DNA of 64,000 nt. Origin: Octopus vulgaris (Eukaryota). The DNA is taken from the NCBI GenBank assembly GCA_951406725.2, contig OX597830.1:27528001-27592000 (forward strand), written 5' to 3'. A program made the translations under genes and the position numbers. Positions 14,422 to 27,839 of the stretch are shown in pieces. How positions within the stretch are numbered: the stretch's first letter is position 1; each line of letters opens with the position of its first letter. A model generated the notes under the pieces. It was not told where the DNA came from and searched no databases. It was given only the letters and a program-made list of their open reading frames with translations.

Positions 14422-14924
14422 GCCCCCTCTCTCTATTCCCGTTTCTCTCTTTCTGTCTGTATGTCTATCTCTGTCTCTCTCAGTGTCTCCCTCGCTCACT
14501 TTTCCATCCCATCTCTTTACAATTCTATTCTTACTAGTTCTTCATTTCTTTCTAACCTTTGTCTTCTATCTCCCTCACTCATTCATTCTTGCTCGTTATT
14601 GCAATCTTTTCTGAGTTATTTCTTTAGTTATTACTTTTTAGTTCCCCCACTGTCGTTTGAAACTCAGCCACTATCAGATGTTTTCTGTAAATTCTTTTTC
14701 ATTTTTAATTAAATTTATAATTCAAGCTCTGTGGACCTTCCTTGATAGAAATTACATATTCATTATCCAGCTTCACTATGACTCTGTATTATCATCGACT
14801 CCAGGATAAAAGAAGAATTAATATCGATCTCAGAATGATTTGAACTCAGGACGCAATGTAAAAATGTGTGATTAAAATGCGTTTTTCTCTTTGTCCTAGC
14901 GGTTCTGTCATCCACAACCTTTAA

Positions 14925-15280
14925 TAATTCTTTCTACTGTAGGCACAAGACCTGAAATTTGGTGTAGGGAATGAAACTAGTCGATTTCTTGAACGGTAGT
15001 TATTTTATCTACCCCGAAAGGATGAAAGGCAAACTCGACTTCGGTGGAATTTGAACTCAAACGTAAAACCGGAGGCAATGCTGCTGAGCAGTTTATCCGG
15101 CGTGCTAACTATTCTGCCAGTTCGTCGCGTTTCCAATAATAATAATGTTTTCAAATTTTGGCACAAGACCAACAATTTCGGGAAGGGGATAAGTCGATTA
15201 CATCGACCCCAGTACTCGAATGGTTCTTCTTTTATCGACCTTGGCAGGATTTGAACTCAGAGTGTAAAGACGGACGAAAT
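14925..15280 (-). mobile_element. two degenerate Meta-domain-like SINEs
   Basis: Reverse-complement motifs CCGAAAGGATGAAAGGCAAA..CGAC and GATTTGAACTCAG. Confidence 0.75.
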
Positions 15281-16249
15281 AATGTATGTATGTATCCATG
15301 TATGTACGTACGTGTGTACTTGTGTTTGTCACCCACCACCTAACAACCGATGTTGGTTTGATTATGCCTGTAACTTTCAGATCTTGCATATATAATTGAA
15401 AAGATTATTCTCTGTTCTCCTTCCCCACCATTTTTCCTATCTCAAGCTTTACTAATCTGTTAAATGAATCTACCAATAATTATAAATGCTACAGACATAT
15501 CTCATTACATCGATTTGACTAACTTAAAAGTATTTACGGAACGATCCTGGCTTTTTTCCTGCTTATGTATTACGGTGTTATCTTGTAGATAATCGTATAA
15601 TGCACAAGGCATTTCTTGCCCTCGCACCTCAACACCGGTATCAAACTATAAGCAGGCGTTTGTATGTTTGCTTTTCTTTCCTTAATGTCCGGCACAAATC
15701 CTATCAACAATCGGCCAGAGCCCACTGTAAACCTCTCTTTTTGAGGGAATATGAGAAACGCTTCAGTTTTCTGAAATTAGTGGAATGTCATTTCCTCCGT
15801 GCTTATTCTTGTATAAATTCCACAAGCAAGGAGGCACTCACTTTTGTAACGTACTACTACCACAATTTACTTTTGTTTAGTTTTGATCTATGTGTTATCT
15901 CATTTTGCACTATTAGTAATGATGATATTGCTATTATTTACATTGGCACTTTTGCAGTTTTATTCTGTAATTTTAAATTTGTTAGTGTTTGCACCTAAAC
16001 CTGTCTTTGTTTGCTTCATTGACATTTTAAAAAATTAATGTTTACCTGTGCGTCTGCGAAAAGTATGGAGGAAATATTCGTTACTACAGCCAATAGGACT
16101 AGCGCCTTCTCCTGCTTCTACATAGATGGTCATATTAATATATATATAAAGAAAGTAAAATTAATTTCTGCAATAATATGTGTATAATTTAAAATATCTA
16201 AGAGTGAACTTTTCTTACATCCTGCGTAATTGGAGGGGCTTAAACATTC

Positions 16250-16460
16250 GTTTCAAATTTTGGTACAAGGCCAGCAAATCCGGGAGTGGGGATAAGTCCA
16301 TTATATCGATCAGTGGTTAACTGGAAATTATTTTTTCTACCATGAAAAAATAAAAGGTAAAATCGAACTCAGCAGTATTTGAACTGAGAATGTAAAAATG
16401 GATGAAATGCAGCCGAGCATTTTGCCAGGCATGCTAATTATTTTGCCAGCTAGCCACCTT
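16250..16460 (-). mobile_element. degenerate Meta-domain-like SINE
   Basis: TTTGAACTGAGAATGT...TGCCAGCTAGCCACCTT matches the family 5' end in reverse. Confidence 0.7.
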
Positions 16461-17070
16461 TAGAGGCTTATATATTCCAAAGCCTTTTATTGGTAGAAAA
16501 CAGTAAAAGAAAAGAAAAGAAAACAAACCAACGTTTGTATATATTTATAATTATATTTTCCTTATCAACAAATATGCAAAACAACAAATTAATAATAAAA
16601 TAAAATGTGACGCTCTGTACACCACGTGCATTCAAAAACAACAACAAGAACAGCAATACTAATAATGAAAAGAATAATAATTATTAATGCGAAATCTTTT
16701 GAGAAACGTTATGATTTCATTATGCACTTCCATACAGCATTAAAATGTCCGACCACTTTATAAAGTAAACACCAACGCTCAAGGGTAACAGCATATTAAA
16801 TGAATAAAACTTCTATTTATCAGCAATATTATTCATTAATTTACACACTGGGGTATTTAGCTGGCGGCCTTTTGTTACCTGACATAAGAAGCCTAATTTT
16901 CGGGTAATCGAATAGAAACTGTGAATAGGTCAGCAATTGGCCATTAATTCGTGTGCATATCTGTATGTGCGCGCGCGCGAGCGCGCGTGTGTGTGTGTAT
17001 GCATGTGTACGTAGATGTAAATATAATATCTCTATAAGTTTACATATATCTACATATTTATCTTCCTTTC

Positions 17071-17121
<51 letters not shown>

Positions 17122-17134
17122 ATTTGCGCGTGCG

Positions 17135-17166
<32 letters not shown>

Positions 17167-17254
17167 TACATTTGTATCTATACGTATCCCACACACAGAC
17201 ACAGACAGACACACACATACACATTCGCGCTCAGATTTTTATACATATATGCGA

Positions 17255-17326
<72 letters not shown>

Positions 17327-17404
17327 GTCTGTCTGTCTATCTATTTATCTATCTGTTTATCTATCTATGTAGGATATGTACTCTATATACATATACATAA
17401 ATAC

Positions 17405-17441
<37 letters not shown>

Positions 17442-17643
17442 TATATTGTAAATATATGTATATCTGCACAAATACACAAGCCCACACACGCAGTCACACA
17501 CAAACACACACACACTCACTCATGTGTCAATTCATTTATTACATCAGAAATGCGTCAATATTTACCGTTATTTAGAAGAATAACATTTGCATTTAAATAT
17601 TTGCATATTCATATCATGAAATGTGCGTATATGAATGAATACA

Positions 17644-17700
<57 letters not shown>

Positions 17701-18743
17701 AATAAGTTCATTCGGTATTAACACACACACGTACACACACACACACACATACACACACACATACATACACATATATGCCTTGTTTAATACGTATTGGTCT
17801 TTTTGTGTACAAATAGCTGAGAACGTTCATATATGTAAGTATAGATATATTTATGAAATACAAATTTGTGTGTTTACGTATATACGTGTGTATGAAGTGC
17901 CCGTATGATTGATGGGCTCACGTGTTTATTCATGTTTAATGAGAATATGTTTATATAAACGTGCTCTTAATAAAAATGCTGCAGCGATGGATTATATACG
18001 TCGTTTCGTTGGTAGTAATTCAATTTTGTTACATTCTGAGTTCAATACCTACTGTGGTAGACTTTGTTTTTTCATTCGTTTCTCTAAAGTAGTTATACTA
18101 ATTATCAGCTAGATATAATCAAATCTAAGTAGGTATCTAATGGAAATAGTAGCAACATCTTCAACCCAAACCCCATTTTCTTCAAAAATTAAGGTCGCTT
18201 TAGACAATGTTTATTTACGTAAGGAACAAAAGACAAACATGTTTGAAACGGATGGTACGGTTTTGGTCACAGACCTGCTCAGTTGGGACTCATCTGGGAA
18301 CAACAACGTAGTTAACATTTACCATAATAATTACAGTTCTTTCAAATTGTTTCGGCCAAAATTGAATTATCTCTGTAGTGGTGGTATATTAAAAATGTAT
18401 GGTTACGGGTATTGTTGTGTGGTTCATTTCTGACATACCGCTGGATGTTCCTAGCTCAACACTCTCTACTTTACTGCTTAAAAGCCATATCCTCTTGTTT
18501 GTTATCTTGTAACTTGACACTCAGCTGCAACGACTTCCACCTTATATATTGTGACCACTAAAAATATATTCATTTGAAAAAATTCCGACAAAAGATTACG
18601 ATAAAATTCTCTTAATGTCTTTGTGCATTTTCACCAATTGTATATTTATATAACCCAACGTGTACAGAAATTTGTAACCATTTACAACACACACGCACAC
18701 ACACACACACACGCACATACAAACATACACACTCAAACATGCA

Positions 18744-18786
<43 letters not shown>

Positions 18787-18817
18787 GTGTCGAGCTATCT
18801 ATCTATCTATACATACA

Positions 18818-18851
<34 letters not shown>

Positions 18852-19645
18852 CATACATACAAATATAATGATAAGGAGAACAAGAGGAGACACATAGGAA
18901 AAGAGTGGCTGATGAGGTCACAACATGTGTAAGGAAAGAACTTTGACAGACGTATAAACTAAAAATAATACGAATAAAAACTAAAGAGAATACCAAATGA
19001 TTATTGTGCCTGTTTAATTGGCAAAAAATGACCTTCCTACTCTCAGTAGAACAACAACAACACACACAGACATATGCATATATGTATATATATATATATA
19101 ATACAATAATTTACAGTCGACAACTGTTCAAGCCTTATAGGTATTTACTACCTTCACTACTCCAAGTTATGAACAAAGATGTTGAAAAGAAGTTGCTCAT
19201 TTTTAATAACATCTTTGAGGGTTCAACATTTGTGGCTGAGACCAGTGCTGCTCCTTGATTAGGCCAGGCTATCTCATAACATATTGGAAACCTTTTTTTG
19301 GACATACACACTAAAATTGGCGAGTACGTCTTACACCAAGGGCAAAGTAAGCTGAAATGGTAATTTTCTCCACGTTTCCTCAATATGGAAATCACTTTAA
19401 TCACTAATTCATAACTGTGATTTACGATTTGCTGTTTGCTCTGGGCTAAAAATCTAAAATGCCGACAAGCACATCCTCACTCATAATGTCTAGAAACTCT
19501 ATGCAGTTGCTCGGCTTGCTAGAAATAGAAATCAAAGCTCCGGCAAAACACTCATCTGCTTTTAAAAAATGTGGGAGATAGTGAATAATACGAAGCTAGT
19601 CCTACCTACGCCTCTAAAGAATTGGTACTCATATTTTATTATTTA

Positions 19646-19931
19646 TGCGCCCTTTTTCAAGCCTAGCCAGGCTCATGGGCCCGCTTTCCCGATTTCTTCG
19701 GCGTATGTGTTCCTCCAGATGGACGTGTCACCAGTCCATCGCAGCGTTACTCAAGAAACAGGAAGAGAGAGTGAGAGAAAGTTGTGGCGAAAGAGTACAA
19801 CAGGGGTCGCCACCACGGGGCTTCAGGTGTTTTCGCTTAATAAACACACATAACACCCGGGCTGGGAATCGAAACCGTGACCCTCCGACCGCGAATCCGC
19901 TGCCCTAACCACTGGGCCATTGCGCCTCCAC
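19646..19931 (-). mobile_element. tRNA-derived SINE, tail type B, internally deleted
   Basis: Reverse complement of the GGAGGCGCAATGGCCCAGTGGTTAGGGCAGCGG head; tail CTGCGATGGACTGG as in 28767-29070. Confidence 0.9.
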
Positions 19932-20049
19932 CTTGGTACTCACAACTGGTATATTTTTAATCACGAGTTTGTTCGATAAAAGTTGAAACTGGGGTATACA
20001 ACAACAACAACAACAATATTAACATCCACAGCGTGTTATTTGATAGAAT

Positions 20050-21296
20050 ACGTAGCCGTATTTCGTTTGCCGTTACGTTCTGAGTTCAAATTCCATCGAG
20101 GTCGACTTTGCCTTTCATCATTTCGGGGTCGATAAATTAAGTACTCGTTACGCACTGGGGTCGATCTAATCAGCTTAATCCCTTTGCCTGTCCTTGTTTG
20201 TCCTCTCTATGTTTAGCCCCTTGTGGGCAATAAAGAAATAAGAAAATTTAGCACGCCGAGTGAAGTCCTCATTGGTATTCCGTCTGTCTTTACGTTCTAA
20301 GTTCAAATTTCGCTGAGGTCAACTTTGCCTTTCATCATTTCGGGGTCGATAAATTAAGTACCAGTGGTGTACTAGGGTCGATCTAATCGATTGGCCCCCT
20401 TCACCAAGAATTTCGGGCTTTGTTTCTAGAGTAGAAAAGATTATTAGAGAAGACAGGCAGGTGGTGAGCCTTGCACATTGGTCGAAATGCTTATTGGTAT
20501 TTAGTTCGTCTTTACGTTCTGAGTGCAAATTTCGCCGAGGTCAACTTTGCCTTTCATCCTTCGTAGTCGATAAAATAAGTACCAGTTGAGCACTGGGGTC
20601 AGTATACTGGCCTTAGCCTCATCCCCGAAATTGCAGGCCCTGTGCCAAAATTTGAAACCATAATTAGCGAAGGCAGAAAGGCTGCGAGCTGGCAGATTCG
20701 TTAGCTCAGAACACAATGTGCTTAGCAGCATTTCTTCCGCGGCTCTTAAGATTCAGAGATCAAATCCCGCTGAATTTAACTTTGCCTTTTTCCTTCGATA
20801 AAATAAGTGTTGCTCTAGTTCTGGGGTCGACATAATCGACTTGCCTTCTTCCTCAAAATTTCAGGCCTTGTACCGATCGTAGAAAGAAATATTTCTTTTA
20901 AAGTCATCGTGGTTGAATCGTCAGAGCGTCAGATGAAATGCGTAGCGGAATTTAGTCCGGCTTGTTAAGTGCTGAAGTGAAATTTTGCCGAGATCAGCTT
21001 CACCTTTCATCCTTTCGAGATCGATAAAATAAGTACCACTACAGTACTAGGGTCGATGTAATCGACTGTCCGATTTTCTCAAAATTGCTTGTCTGGTGAC
21101 TAATAAAATTTGAAAGAGTTATTCGATAAAACGGTGTGCCGGTGGCAGAATAATTAGCATGTCAAAATACTTACATAATTTCTTCCGGTTCTGTATGCCC
21201 TGAGTTCAAATTTCACCCAGGTCGACTTTGCCTTTCATCCTTTCCGGGTCGATAAAATAAGTACCAGTTGAGTACCAGGGTCAATGTAATTGACTA

Positions 21297-21345
<49 letters not shown>

Positions 21346-21540
21346 CGCCACTAAAACTCGCTGGCCTTGTGCCAAAATCACAAAGAAATATTAGATTAGA
21401 CGGTGAATTGGCATACTTTACCATTCATCATTTCAAGTTCGATAAAAGAAGTTCCTGCTGAGAACTGTGATCGATGTAATCGATTAGCCCACTCCGCTCA
21501 AAGCTGCTAACTTTGTACCAACATTTGAAGCCATTACCAG
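20050..21540 (+). mobile_element. head-to-tail run of about 7 Meta-domain-like SINE copies
   Basis: Repeated GAGTTCAAATT..GCCGAGGTCRACTTTGCCTTTCATC..TTCGGGGTCGATAAA..AAGTACCAG about every 200-230 bp. Confidence 0.85.
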
Positions 21541-21676
21541 ATATCATTTGTAAAACGGTGTTGTAGAAGTGAAGGTGAATTTAGCTGCTATTTTTAGCAG
21601 TCCATCTTGTAGATTTTCCTTTATTAGCTCTTGCTCTATACTATCACCAAGTTGCTTATATTGTAACCTGTTAAGA

Positions 21677-22090
21677 GGCGGTGAGCTGGCAGACACGTTA
21701 GCGCGCCAGGCGAAATGCTTAGCGGTATTTCGTCTGTCGTTACGTTCTGAGTTCAAATTCCGCCGAGATCGACTTTGCCTTTCATCCTCTCGGGATCGAT
21801 AAATAAAGTACCAGTTTCACACTGGGGTCGATGTAATCGACTTAATCCGTTTGTCTGTCCTTGTTTGTCCCCTCTGTGTTTAGCCCCTTGTGGGTAATAA
21901 AGAAATAGGTATTTCGTCTGTCGTTACGTTCTGAGTTCAAATTCCGCCGAGGTCGACTTTGCCTTTCATCCTCTCGGGGTCGATAAATAAATTACCAGTT
22001 TCGCACTGGGGTCGATGTAATCGACTTAATCCGTTTGTCTGTCCTTGTTTGTCCCCTCTATGTTTAGCCCCTTGTGGGTAGTAAAGAAAT
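21677..22090 (+). mobile_element. dimeric Meta-domain-like SINE
   Basis: Full unit plus a 5'-truncated second unit from 21908; TSD TATATTGTAAC(C/T)TGTTAA at 21657-21674 and 22092-22109. Confidence 0.9.
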
Positions 22091-22634
22091 ATATATTGTA
22101 ACTTGTTAAACCATGGTCTGAAGAATTTTTCTCGAATTATTGTTTCCTCATGTGTAGTGAAAAAAAAGGGGGTAAAATGTTTATGCAGCTGCTATATGAA
22201 CCACGCCATTGCTGTGTAACATCTATATTGTAATTCCTGTATAATAACTAGATTGTCATTATAATGTATTAACTAAATTGTAATTATTGTATAATGATGA
22301 TATTGCCTTTACTGTGTAATAACTATATTGTAATACTGATTATTCACCTGGAACAAAACGAGTATTAACCTCACTCACACAATTACTTTATAATCATTGT
22401 GATCAACGAGTCTTTGTCATTTAATTGAATTCCAAGAAACCTGACTCCTATTCAGGTTATTAATCATTTTTAAAGTGGTTTAATGACCTCATTAGAGCGG
22501 GTTTTTGTTTTATAAGAAATGGGTTATATGACGAACCACATTTAAGCTTTAATTACTCGGGTGATTTCTGGTTATATTTAAATCTGTTGTTGTTATTGTT
22601 GTTTTGGTGTTGTTGTTATCATTATAGGCGAGAT

Positions 22635-23060
22635 GTAAGGCGGCTAGATGGTAGAATTGTTAACATGCCGAGCAAAATGCTAAGCGGCATTTCGTCCGGC
22701 AGTTCAAATTCCGCCGAGGTCGACTATGCCTTTCGTCCTTTTGGAGTCGATAAAAATAAGTACCAGTGATACACTTGGGTTAATGCAATCGGCTTAACCT
22801 TTCTTCCGATATTGCTGATTTTGTACTAACATTTGAAATCATTATTTTTAGTGAGATAAAGGTGGTGAGCTGGCAACATCGTTAGAACGCTGGATACCTA
22901 GCGGTATTTCGCCCGTCGCTACGTTCTGAGATCAAATTCCGCCGAGGTCGACTTTGCCTTTCATCCTTTCGGGGTCGATAAACTAAGTACCATTTGAACA
23001 CTGGGATCGATGTAATCGACTCATCCCCCCAATCCAAGCTGCCCTTGTGGCAAAAAAGTT
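22635..23060 (+). mobile_element. two Meta-domain-like SINE copies
   Basis: Same core motif at about 22700-22770 and 22925-23020. Confidence 0.85.
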
Positions 23061-23222
23061 AAAATAATTATTATTGGTGAGAATCATTAATGCTGAATCA
23101 TTAATGCGTCAGACAAAATATCTCGTGACTGTCTGTCTGTCAGTCTCCCCCTCTCTCTCTTTCTCTTCAACACTGTCTTAATTTTTCTTCCTTTCTTGCG
23201 ATCTTTCTCTTTCTATCGTCTA

Positions 23223-23604
23223 GAGGCGCAATGGCCCAGTGGTTAGGGCAGCGGACTCGCGGTCATAGGATCGCGGTTTCGATTCCCAGACCGGGCGTTG
23301 TGAGTGTTTTTTGAGCGAAAACACCTAAAAGCTCTACGAGGCTCCGACAGGGGATGGTGGTGATCCCTGGTGTACTCTTTCGCCACAACTTTCTCTCACT
23401 CTTACTTCCTGTTTCTGTTGTACCTGTATTTCAAGGGGCCGGCCTTGTCACTCTGTGTCACGCTGAATATCCCCGAAAACTACGTTAAGGGTGCATGTGT
23501 CTGTGGAGTGCTCAGCCACTTACACGTTAATTTCACGAGCAGGCTGTTCCGTTGATTCGGATCAACCGAAACCCTCATCGTCGTAACCGACGGAGTGCTT
23601 CCAC
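23223..23604 (+). mobile_element. tRNA-derived SINE, tail type A, full length
   Basis: Near-identical to 878-1263; TSD TCTATCGTCTA at 23212-23222 and 23605-23615. Confidence 0.92.
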
Positions 23605-23984
23605 TCTATCGTCTACGTTGCATCGTGAGAAGTAGTATGAGACTCCTCGCAACGTTCCAAGGATTGAACGAAGGGTGTAGTCCCTGTAACTTCTCATAGA
23701 AAATTCGTTGTACCACTGGAACTGTGCAGCAAAGCACAAAACAGAGATCACCTCCCCGTCTCCCCCCAAAACAAAACAAAAAAAAAACAAATAAACAAAA
23801 TCTACGAGTTGCATCTACCAATATGGTTGCACAAACACTTAAACTAATCGTCAGTTATCTATAATTGTTGTTTGTTTAAGCTCGCCAGTCTTGATCTGTC
23901 AGACGTATGACCAAAGACGTTCAAGATGATTAAAATTAAAACACGTCTGCTTTTTCCGGACTCAGTGTACCTTCCACATTATGA

Positions 23985-24180
23985 GATATCACATGATTGA
24001 CCAGACTACCGAGTGTTGTTTCATATCGGAGGTCATAATGCCCTTTGCATCGTTGTAGCCTTCGGTCGATGCCTCACCGCCAGCTAGACGAGCAGGCCAA
24101 CATTCCCCACTGATCGAGAAGGGGGACTGGAGCAACGTGAAATGAAGTGTTTTGTTCACGAATACAACGCTCTGCATGGT
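23985..24180 (-). mobile_element. SINE fragment with CORE/V-like central region
   Basis: Minus strand reads TTGTATTCGTGAACAAAACACTTCATTTCACGTTGCTCCAGTCC, resembling SINE central domains. Confidence 0.45.
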
Positions 24181-24539
24181 ATAAGATAGGCCATCGACGA
24201 CTTTTATTTTACGGTTCTCGAATCTGGACTGTGCTGTCCTTCATGAGGGAAGTCCTTTCTTCCCGGAGGTTTTGTTTATTTGAATTGCCATCGAAGCTTC
24301 AGTGAATTTTTCTACGTGGGATTGTTGGCTCTACACACGCCCATTTTTACTTCTAGGAAGAAGTAGTCCATATTTAGTATGACATGTATCCTTTGAAATG
24401 CACAACCAGTAGCTTGCACTTAGTTGGCATAGCTCTCATTGAACCTCACCAGTTACAACACAGCAACAAGAACTGGACCTTGTGGTGAATGTAGACGTTA
24501 TTCAATATGCTCAACTTTAAAGAAGGTAATGTTAAATGT

Positions 24540-24700
24540 CCCCCACGTGGGTCCTGCTTTATCGTGGCGAGGCGGCTTGAATATTCCAGAGATCCGAGAG
24601 ATAGTTAACGCCTAGGGATACCCTAGGCAGGCCGGTCTGCCGAGGAAGTTCCAAACTAACGGTAATCCACGGCGTGCCGGCTCATCACCAAGATGGCAGC
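24540..24700 (+). mobile_element. RTE/BovB-like LINE 5' UTR relic
   Basis: GCTTTATCGTGGCGAGGCGGCTTG...GAGAGATA...GGCAGGCCGGTCTGCCGAGGAAGTTCCAAACTAA...TCCAC resembles RTE-clade 5' ends (recalled similarity). Confidence 0.55.
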
Positions 24701-25282
24701 CCCATCATCGGATTATTCTGCGGAGGACCCACAACCTACCTAGAAGAGCCCTCAACCTATTACGTCTCTGATCAGAAGAAACCAGAAGGAGCCTGAAAGA
24801 AGAACCAGAACTAATGTACAATATGAACGGGGCATATATTTATCATTTCCAGTAAACTGAACAAGCTCATTGATGCCAACTCATTGGTATTGTTATAAGT
24901 GTTCAGTTTCGTTGTACATGATGGTGGTTGTTGATGTTTTGTTCCAAGGATGAACGTTTGTCAGTAAACCTATCATCAAAGGTAATCCAAACATCTTATA
25001 CTTGGTGTATTTAAACTTACATAATTCTCTGTGTCCTTCCGTTGCTTAGATAACAGAATATAACTGATCTATTATTCCCAGTAGGTGATGCAACAATATA
25101 GTGTGTCTCATAATTGTTCATATAGATGAAGGTTTTTCCTTTTAGATCTGAGAGTGATGGTCAACTACCAAATAGATAATGTAGCTGCAACCAGTTCCTA
25201 TTGCTCCAGTTACTGATGTTAATAGTGATGTTGATGGCGACGATGATGATGTCGGTGTTTGTAGTGTTGCTGTGCGTGACGC

Positions 25283-25313
<31 letters not shown>

Positions 25314-25580
25314 GGTGCTGCTGCTGGTGTTGTTGGTGGCGGTGGTAACAGTGACGGCGGTGGTGGTGGCGACGGCGGTGATGCTGGAAGTAGTACAAAA
25401 AAGGAATGAGTAATTCCTTTTCCCAAATAAATATTGGATTGTTTCATATTGCTCGAGGAAATTGCATCATAACGCTTTGTCTGAAAAAATGATCGTGAAC
25501 AGCCGATTTCTTTCAAATTATTATTATTATTGTTATTATTATTATTATTATTATTATTGTTGTTGTTGTTGTTGTTTTTG

Positions 25581-26192
25581 TTGAGTGAGAGAGCAGTGCA
25601 TGCCATCAAAGTGACACTGGGGTAAAATATACGAAGCCCAGTATATCCATCATGACTACCCGTCTGATTAGGTACACTAGGCACACGCATCACAACCATA
25701 TGTGCGCGACATGATATTCTCATATCAAGATAAGCAGAACATTATCTTGCAGGTGGGGCCCAGTTAGAATTTTCTTCGGGTCGAGTCGCCCAGCCAGCTT
25801 AAAAGATCCCTGAATAAGGGTTGTTTATGGATGTTGAACGAAACACCCACATAGCCAAAGGTAAATTATCCAAACCCCAAAGAATTCCTCTCAACGCATC
25901 AGTATGATGCTCCCCCACTACTTCTGCTCATGATCAGAGATGCACATATCGTCAGCCACTTAGGAACATGCTCAAATGGTTAAGGTCAAACAACTGACAA
26001 GCAAATCTGTGATAGTGAGCAGAATATTTGCTGTACCCATCTTTTATACCAAGGCAAAAGAATTTATATGATGACACTTTCAATCAGTTAAGATCAAAAG
26101 CCATGAGAACCACTGCATCAGTGTTTTCAGCATATATGCTGTAGCCCATCTTTTATACCAGGACAAAACAATGTACATGATAACACTTCCAA
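25581..26192 (-). mobile_element. longer copy of the (TAA)n-embedded repeat family
   Basis: Collinear with 5592-6080; flanked by (TAT/TGT)n and ATTATTATT; partial duplication of CTGTA.CCCATCTTTTATACCA at about 26030 and 26140. Confidence 0.85.
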
Positions 26193-26350
26193 TTATTATT
26201 ATTAATAGTTTCAAATAAGAAATGTAGAAACAGGTTACTAAATCTACTAAAACCGTAAAGAGAATAAAACACACGCGCACAAATACACAGACGTGAATGG
26301 ACACACGCATACAGCGAGACGCACACTAACACACATATATTTATAAATAA

Positions 26351-26580
26351 GGCGGCGAGCTGGTAGAAACGTTAGCACGCCGGGCGAAATTCGTAGCCGT
26401 ATTTCGTCTGTCGTTACGTTCCGAGTTCAAATTCCGCCGAGGTCGACTTTGCCTTTCATCCTTTAGGGGTCGATAAATTAAGTACCAGTTACGCACTGGG
26501 GTCGATGTAGCCGACTTAATCCCTTTGTCTGTCCTTGTTTGTCCCCTCTGTGTTTAGCCCCTTGTGGGTAGTAAAGAAAT
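26351..26580 (+). mobile_element. Meta-domain-like tRNA-derived SINE, full-length monomer
   Basis: GGCGGCGAGCTGGTAGAAACG head, GAGTTCAAATTCC B-box, GTCGACTTTGCCTTTCATCC...AAGTACCAG core; 16-bp TSD ATATATTTATAAATAA at 26335-26350 and 26581-26596. Confidence 0.92.
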
Positions 26581-26887
26581 ATATATTTATAAATAATATA
26601 TAAAGAATTATATGCAATTATGGATATAAATGCTCTCTCTCTCACGCTCTCTCTCTCTCACACATATATAAGTATATATATATGTACGTATGTGTATATG
26701 TGTGTGTGTACGCATTTATAGATATATTTGTGTGTGTGTGTGTGTATATATATATATAAATTTACACTTACATACAAATATATATGTGCGTGTGTGTGAG
26801 TGTAAATTATATAGTTACATTTCATAATATGTATGTATGTGTGTATGTATGTATGTATGCATATATGTATGTATGCATGAACGTATG

Positions 26888-26921
<34 letters not shown>

Positions 26922-27172
26922 CTTGCTACTGACAACATTACAATGAACAAAATAAGCCAAGATATAAAGAAATCATAAATAAGAAATAAATGAGAAGAGA
27001 GAATATATTTATGATAGATTCTTATCGTTTCACATGAAAATACTTCTTTCACTTGTCTAGGATACAGAAATAGTGAACTTGCTTGTTTTCTTAAAGCTGC
27101 ACACGTACATACACATCTCTGTATAAACCAATGCCATATATATAAACATGCACACTCACACACATATATATA

Positions 27173-27223
<51 letters not shown>

Positions 27224-27450
27224 TTGTGACGCTTTGCCGTCGACATTTTCAAATAAGATATATCTTCATTCAGAGCATATTTCATTTTTCCCTTTATTAG
27301 GTATCGTTTCTTATTTATCTTATCGTATCACGTCTATATCAAACCTCTTCTACGCTTGTATGTACATGGCTTTTTACCAAAACCTAATAACTTTTTGGTA
27401 TCTTTCTTTCCCACGTTTTTCTATTATACTCTCTGTCTCTCTCTGCCTCT

Positions 27451-27577
27451 GTCTCTCTCTCTCTCTATCTTTTACAATTTCTCTCTATTCTCTCTCTTTC
27501 TTTCTCTCACTCTCTCACTTGGGCTTTTCTATTTTGTTCAGTTGTTGCTTTTCCTCCTCTGACATTGTGACGATGAC
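27451..27577. repeat. left arm of a ~130-bp inverted repeat (partner 28628-28763)
   Basis: TTTTCTATTTTGTTCAG..TTGCTTTTCCTCCTCTGACATTGT.ACGAT is the reverse complement of sequence in 28628-28763. Confidence 0.85.
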
Positions 27578-27839
27578 TTTTCCAAGTCACCTCCACCCCA
27601 ACCCCCGTCTTGAATACTAATACACTCTTATGTACATAAACATGCTCATTACATTTTCCTTCTCTCTTTTTCTCTCTCTCACACACTAATACATACGTAT
27701 ATATATTTACACACACACACACACACACGCACACACATATATATATATATATGTTTCGATTCCCAGATCGGGCGTTGTGAGTGTTTATTGAGCGAAAACC
27801 CTAAAGCTCTACATATATACATATATGTATATATATGTA

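Noticed and set aside
18905-18950. CTGATGAGGTCACA similar to the 52587 motif
   Set aside because: No convincing stem II closure or stem III
20050-23060. CRISPR-like repeat-spacer periodicity
   Set aside because: Units are ~200-bp diverged SINEs in eukaryotic DNA; no cas genes
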